Assembly (NCBI GenBank): GCA_038321985.1
Contig: JBBQFN010000059.1
Span: 1-11,866 of the forward strand
Direction: 5' to 3'
Source: Cyanophyceae cyanobacterium
Lineage (GTDB): Bacteria > Cyanobacteriota > Cyanobacteriia > Cyanobacteriales > Laspinemataceae
Length of the DNA stretch: 11,866 bases
This document shows, in pieces, positions 7,199 through 11,866 of this stretch (positions are counted from its first letter, which is position 1; each line of letters opens with the position of its first letter). The position numbers and the translations under genes are program-made. The notes beneath the pieces were generated by a model that saw nothing but the letters and a program-made list of their open reading frames with translations, was not told where the DNA came from and did not search any database.

Positions 7199-8950
7199 AT
7201 GTTTCGGAATCTCTCCTTACAAGCGAGAATGCTATCGGCTTTTATATTTATGGGCTTAGTTGTATTAAGCGTTGCCTTAGTAGGGTGGGCGGGAAATCAT
7301 CGGTTGAGCGATCGCCTCAATATCATTAGCAGTAATTCCATGCCGAGCACGATCGCCTTATGGAAAATCAACGAGGGTCAGACCCAAATTCAATCGTCGG
7401 AACGATTGCTCCTGAATCCTCGCAGTTCTAATGAACGCCGAACTCTTGCCAAAGAAAGAATTAATGGAGCATGGCAACAAATTAATCAAGGATTTGCCGA
7501 ATACAACAATATTACAAGTAACGATGGCGAAGAAACGCTCCTTTATAATCAGTTTATAGAAGTTTGGAATCGCTGGAAAAAAGTTCATGAAGAATTCCTG
7601 GAACTGAATCAAGAATTTGAAGCTATGGGTATTTTGCAACCTTGGGAACTTCAAGTTCAATTATGGCAGACAGGTCAATCCAATAGTCCCCAAATGGCTA
7701 ATGCCCGAGCCGCTGCTAGTCTTTTAGAAGAGATGAATGCTCAACGCACTCGCAACAGTATTTCCACCTATCAAGCCGCAGAAAACAGCCTCAACGAGGT
7801 CTTAGAATACAATCAAATGGTGGCTTCCCAAGTGGCTAAACAGGCTGAACAAGATGTGGCCCAAAGTAGTTTTTGGGTGTTTCTGGGAATGCTCCTCGGT
7901 CCCTTAACGGCGATCATTTTTGGCTTTTATTTTAGTAACACGATCGCCAAACCTCTGGGTGCAAAAATTGTGGGGGTGGTTCGAGTCGCGGAAAAAATTT
8001 CCTCGGGAGACTTGACCACTGCGGTGACGGTGACGGAAACCCAGGATGAAATTGGCCGCTTAACTGCTGCTTTTGCTCAGATGACCCAAAAGTTAAATTC
8101 TTTAATTCGTCAGGTCCAACATTCGGGAATTCAAATCACCAGTTCGACAACCGAAATTGCCGCATCCGGTAAACAATTAGAAGCAACGGTGACTGAACAA
8201 GTAGCTTCTACGAATGAAGTGGTGGCAACGGCAAAAGAAATTGCTGCCACCTCTGGGGAATTAGTGAAAACGATGGATCAAGTGGGGGAACTCGCGGGAC
8301 AAACGGCCGTTGCTGCTGGAACCGGCCAGCAGGAAATTGCTCGCATGGAAAACACCATGCGCCAATTAGCCAATGCTACCGCTTCGATTTCCTCCAAATT
8401 GGGCGTAATTAGCGAAAAAGCGAATAATATTAATAGCGTGGTGACTACGATTACTAAGGTAGCCGATCAGACAAATTTGCTCTCTCTCAACGCGGCGATC
8501 GAAGCAGAAAAAGCCGGAGAATACGGCACCGGTTTTGCGGTGGTTGCCCGAGAAATTCGGCGACTGGCTGACCAAACGGCTGTTGCAACTTTGGATATTG
8601 AAAGTATGGTTAAAGATATGCAATCCGCCGTTTCTACGGGGGTCATGGAAATGGATAAATTTACAACAGAAGTCAGCCGAGGGGTCGAGGATGTTCGCAC
8701 TATTAGCGGCCAAATTGGAAATATTATTGAGCGGGTTCAAGGTCTGACCCCCCGGTTTGATGCGGTCACGAAAGGGATGGAGGATCAAGCCGAAGGTGCT
8801 CAACAAATTAGTGATGCAATGGTACAACTCAGTGAAGCGTCCCGCCAAACTGCCCAATCGCTCAGGGATACTAATCGGGCGATCGAGCAATTGAATGAAG
8901 CGGCCCAAGGATTACAACGAGAAATCTCATTTTTCAAGGTGCAAATTTAA
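7199..8950 (+). CDS. Methyl-accepting chemotaxis protein, WspA-like (TM - helical periplasmic sensor - TM - HAMP - signalling domain)
   Basis: Two TM segments and a HAMP motif (GDLT...QDEIGRL). The hairpin tip IT.VADQTNLLSLNAAIEAEKAGEYG.GFAVVAREIRRLADQT carries the AEKAGEYG variant typical of WspA-type receptors. Confidence 0.95.
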   Translation: MFRNLSLQARMLSAFIFMGLVVLSVALVGWAGNHRLSDRLNIISSNSMPSTIALWKINEGQTQIQSSERLLLNPRSSNERRTLAKERINGAWQQINQGFAEYNNITSNDGEETLLYNQFIEVWNRWKKVHEEFLELNQEFEAMGILQPWELQVQLWQTGQSNSPQMANARAAASLLEEMNAQRTRNSISTYQAAENSLNEVLEYNQMVASQVAKQAEQDVAQSSFWVFLGMLLGPLTAIIFGFYFSNTIAKPLGAKIVGVVRVAEKISSGDLTTAVTVTETQDEIGRLTAAFAQMTQKLNSLIRQVQHSGIQITSSTTEIAASGKQLEATVTEQVASTNEVVATAKEIAATSGELVKTMDQVGELAGQTAVAAGTGQQEIARMENTMRQLANATASISSKLGVISEKANNINSVVTTITKVADQTNLLSLNAAIEAEKAGEYGTGFAVVAREIRRLADQTAVATLDIESMVKDMQSAVSTGVMEMDKFTTEVSRGVEDVRTISGQIGNIIERVQGLTPRFDAVTKGMEDQAEGAQQISDAMVQLSEASRQTAQSLRDTNRAIEQLNEAAQGLQREISFFKVQI

Positions 8951-8984
8951 GGGAAAGTTATTCTATTCTCTAGAAAATCTCCCG

Positions 8985-9011
8985 TTCCCTCCCCTTTTAT
9001 AGAGGAGGGAA
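8985..9011. other. Stem-loop after the MCP stop (TTCCCTCC...GGAGGGAA)
   Basis: 8-bp perfect arms at 8985-8992 and 9004-9011. There is no U-tail on the + strand. Confidence 0.55.
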
Positions 9012-9214
9012 ATCTCCATTAAAGTAAACTCTAAACTCAGGCAATTTTTCTACTATTTGGATCTAAAATTAGACTACAGTCAGAAGTCTTAAGCTCCCCT
9101 CTATATCCAGTGATTCCCTTAAAGTTACCGCCTTATTGGTTTATTTCAATTTTGTCTACATTTTTGAGATAAATTTGTTTAAATCCATAAGACAATCCGT
9201 CAAATTAAAAAAAA

Positions 9215-9263
9215 GGAACATCTTGTTCCCGAGCACGAGGAGGGAGCAAGATCCTCCCACTAC
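9215..9263. repeat. Inverted pair of GTAG-type REP-like palindromes
   Basis: GGAACATCTTGTTCCC (9215-9230) and GGGAGCAAGATCCTCCCACTAC (9242-9263; reverse complement GTAGTGGGAGGATCTTGCTCCC). Each is an imperfect hairpin and the two are inverted relative to each other. Confidence 0.65.
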
Positions 9264-9299
9264 TGTCTAAGCATTATCCACTTCATTTAGGCTTACTAT

Positions 9300-10025
9300 A
9301 TGACCGACGAATGCTGGAATAAAATCGGAGTAGAGGGCGATCGCTCTTGTCCCCAACTCACGACCGTTATCCATTGCCGAAATTGCTCCGTTTATACCAC
9401 CGCAGGCCGCAGGTTGCTAGAACGCGAAGCCCCGGCAGACTACCTCGCCGAATGGACGCAATTGCTGACTCTAAACCCCACAGCGATAACGACTGATGAC
9501 AATAACTCCCTCCCCCAACTACGCCGGACAACAGCAGAATTCTATGACCCTGTTTCTCTAGTTATTTTTCGTCTGGGAGGAGAATGGTTAGCACTAGCAG
9601 CTTTTACATTCCAAGAAGTGACTGTTCCTTGCGTTATTCATACTTTACCCCACCGGAGCAACGAGATTTTGCTCGGGTTAGTTAATATTAGAGGGGAACT
9701 TTTGCCTTGCATTTCGTTAAGCAATCTCCTGGGACTAAAAGAGCAAGGGAGCCATCCGAAACTGAAAAACCATCCCGGCGATTTGACTCCCACCGTGTAT
9801 CCCCGAATGGTCGTGGTGAATATTAAAGGAGACCTTTGGGTATTCTGGGTTGATGAAATTGAGGGGATTCACCGCTGTGATCGTCATCTCATTGAAGAAG
9901 TGCCTGCGGTTGTCTCAAAAGCCCCGGTTACTTATACTAAATGGATTGTGAAATGGCGAGATAAAAAAGTAAATTACCTGGATGAAGAGTTAGTATTTTC
10001 TAGTGTAAAACGGAGAATTATATGA
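9300..10025 (+). CDS. cheW: CheW scaffold protein with Cys-rich N-terminus, WspD-like
   Basis: CWNKIGVEGDRSCPQL...HCRNC.VY..AGRRLLER N-terminus typical of WspD, followed by the CheW core FRLGGEWLAL...LPHR...LLGLVNIRGELLPCISL. Confidence 0.92.
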   Translation: MTDECWNKIGVEGDRSCPQLTTVIHCRNCSVYTTAGRRLLEREAPADYLAEWTQLLTLNPTAITTDDNNSLPQLRRTTAEFYDPVSLVIFRLGGEWLALAAFTFQEVTVPCVIHTLPHRSNEILLGLVNIRGELLPCISLSNLLGLKEQGSHPKLKNHPGDLTPTVYPRMVVVNIKGDLWVFWVDEIEGIHRCDRHLIEEVPAVVSKAPVTYTKWIVKWRDKKVNYLDEELVFSSVKRRII

Positions 10026-11767
10026 ATACAAATGAAATAGATTTGAGTCATTTATCCATGCTCGATTTATTCGCGATGGAAGTCGAAACTCAGGCGGCTC
10101 TATTAAATGAAAATTTATTAACTCTAGAAAATCACACGAAGTCCCGCAAAGAACTGGAAGCGTTAATGCGGGCTGCCCATTCGATTAAAGGGGCTGCGCG
10201 AATTGTTCAGCTTGATGCTGGGGTCAAAATTGCTCATGCGATGGAGGACTATTTTGTGGCCGCACAAGAAAATCGGACAACCATCTTGGAAAACCACATT
10301 GATATCCTTCTTTCCGGAGTTGATCTGCTATTAAGTATCGGTAAGGTTAAGGAAGCCGAATTAGAAGGATGGATGCAGGAACATCAGCCAGAAATTGCTC
10401 GCACAGAACGAGAAATCCAGGCGATCGCCTCCTCGGGAAATCAGGTCACCACCGAACCCGTTACCGCCCCGGACTCCGCCTCCCCAGCCCTCGTCCTATC
10501 CCCCCCAGAACCCCCTCCCACCTCCATACTGAGCTTAAAGCCGGGTGAACCCCCTCCGGCAAAGCCTCTCACTCCTTTTCCCGAAACCACTCCCCCTGAA
10601 TCTGGGGTGGCGCAATCCTTCTCAGAGTCCAGTTCCAGTGGCGATCGCGTAGTCCGCTTAAGTGCGGAAAACTTAAATCGATTGATGGGTCTAGCAGGGG
10701 AATCCCTGATTGAAGCCAACTGGTTACAACCCTTTGCCGATTCTCTCCTTAAACTCAAAAAACACCAAACGCAATTATCAAAAACCCTGGAAAAATTAGG
10801 AGATTCTTTGGGTGATAATTCCGTGACAAAAGTCACTGAGGATTATCTCAAATCAGCTCAACTTCAAGAGCGAGAATGTCTGGAAATTCTGACAAATCGC
10901 ATCAACGATCTAGAACTATTCGCCCGCCGATTTGCCTACCTCTCCGACCGTCTTTATCGAGAAGTTATTGATAGCCATATGAGACCCTTCTCAGAAGGGG
11001 TTAAGGGCTTTCCTCGGATGATGCGAGATTTAGCAAAACAGCTAGAAAAATCAGTAAAATTTGAAATATTGGGCAAAGCAACCAAGGTCGATCGCGACAT
11101 TTTAGAGAAGCTAGAAGCTCCCTTAACTCAAATTTTGCGAAATGCGATCGCCCACGGTATAGAATCTCCCAGTGAACGTCTCGCCGCCGGAAAACCTAGC
11201 GAAGGAACGGTGCGACTCGAAGCCGTTCATCGCGGCGGAATGTTATCGATTACGATTTCTGATGATGGTCGAGGCATCAATTTAGCCCAGGTCCGCCAAC
11301 AGGTAATTACCAATCAATTGGTGAATCCGGACCTTGCCCATCAGCTAACTGATACTGAACTGATGGAATTTTTATTCTTACCTAGCTTCTCCACTGTTAA
11401 TGAGGTCACCGAAATTTCTGGACGTGGGGTGGGGTTAGATATTGCTAAGGGAATGATGCAGGAGGTGGGCGGGTTATTGCGTGCGCAGTCTCAACTCGGT
11501 CAGGGGACTATTTTTCATCTCCAATTACCTTTAACCCTATCGGTTATTCGGACGCTGTTAGTTGAAATTTCTTCCGAACCCTACGGATTTCCCCTGGCCC
11601 GAATTGATCGCATTGTTCAGATTAAACGCACGGATATTTTTGTCGTCGAAAACCGGCAGTATTTTACCCTCAACGGCCAAAATATTGGTTTAGTGAGCGC
11701 TCATCAAGTCCTGGAATTAGAAAATAATGGCTCTTCAGACTTTTTGGTGATAAGTTTTTCTAATTAG
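10022..11767 (+). CDS. cheA: CheA-type kinase, WspE-like; C-terminally truncated or interrupted (probable pseudogene)
   Basis: ATGA overlap with the upstream gene. Hpt (LMRAAHSIKGAARIV), Pro-rich linker, dimerisation domain and HATPase (RNAIAHG, DDGRG, FLPSFST, SGRGVGLD) are present, then LPLTLSV and only the first half of the CheW domain. No REC domain before TAG 11765-11767. Confidence 0.9.
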   Translation: MNTNEIDLSHLSMLDLFAMEVETQAALLNENLLTLENHTKSRKELEALMRAAHSIKGAARIVQLDAGVKIAHAMEDYFVAAQENRTTILENHIDILLSGVDLLLSIGKVKEAELEGWMQEHQPEIARTEREIQAIASSGNQVTTEPVTAPDSASPALVLSPPEPPPTSILSLKPGEPPPAKPLTPFPETTPPESGVAQSFSESSSSGDRVVRLSAENLNRLMGLAGESLIEANWLQPFADSLLKLKKHQTQLSKTLEKLGDSLGDNSVTKVTEDYLKSAQLQERECLEILTNRINDLELFARRFAYLSDRLYREVIDSHMRPFSEGVKGFPRMMRDLAKQLEKSVKFEILGKATKVDRDILEKLEAPLTQILRNAIAHGIESPSERLAAGKPSEGTVRLEAVHRGGMLSITISDDGRGINLAQVRQQVITNQLVNPDLAHQLTDTELMEFLFLPSFSTVNEVTEISGRGVGLDIAKGMMQEVGGLLRAQSQLGQGTIFHLQLPLTLSVIRTLLVEISSEPYGFPLARIDRIVQIKRTDIFVVENRQYFTLNGQNIGLVSAHQVLELENNGSSDFLVISFSN

Positions 11768-11866
11768 TTTTGTACTCGCTCCCCAGCCCAGGAACTGAAA
11801 GCCTTACAAGTCAAGGCTTCTAGCTCTAAAAGTGACCAAAACGAGTCTCATAAATCCCCAAAATAC
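11746..11866. mobile_element. Probable end of an inserted element interrupting cheA (family undetermined)
   Basis: CheA similarity is lost after ...SSDFL in all three + frames. The new sequence begins GGTGATAAG after a T run and contains the palindrome AAGCCTT-N7-AAGGCTT (11799-11819). No transposase is visible in the window. Confidence 0.4.

Larger units (their letters stand above)
173..11151. repeat. HIP1 octamer GCGATCGC, dispersed (about 18 copies)
   Basis: Hand-located starts: 173, 749, 758, 1841, 2058, 2297, 3353, 3458, 3743, 4143, 4327, 4539, 5866, 7308, 9337, 10421, 10641, 11144. Well under one copy is expected by chance in 12 kb. Confidence 0.95.

Noticed and set aside
956..10836. 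Short overlapping ORFs from the track (956, 1441, 2538, 2836, 2904, 3911, 4040, 5694, 5930, 6157, 6657, 7126, 7358, 8366, 8467, 8535, 10441)
   Set aside because: All lie within or antisense to well-supported genes and show no recognisable motifs.
1..11866. CRISPR array, rRNA, or a transposase/integrase gene
   Set aside because: No regularly spaced repeats or such genes were seen in the window.

Overview
Cyanobacterial chromosomal DNA, judged from about 18 hand-counted HIP1 octamers (GCGATCGC), heptamer repeats and REP-like hairpins. A filamentous Oscillatoriales-like host is only an inference. Left part, minus strand: the 5' end of an APC-family permease (missed by the ORF track), a DUF2254-type membrane protein and a possible small protein. 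Middle, plus strand: a DASS/SLC13 transporter with atypical binding motifs, tightly coupled to a divergent USP-fold protein, then cysC with its own predicted promoter and terminator. Right part: a Wsp-like chemosensory cluster in the order CheW(WspB)-CheR/TPR(WspC)-MCP(WspA)-CheW(WspD)-CheA(WspE). The kinase gene breaks off inside its CheW domain at about 11746, has no receiver domain and runs into unrelated DNA that looks like the end of an inserted element. The best leads are the interrupted kinase, the DASS+USP(+cysC) module, and a C8 tract plus 13-bp duplication that could switch the CheR TPR domain on or off. All family assignments come from motif recognition, not database searches.
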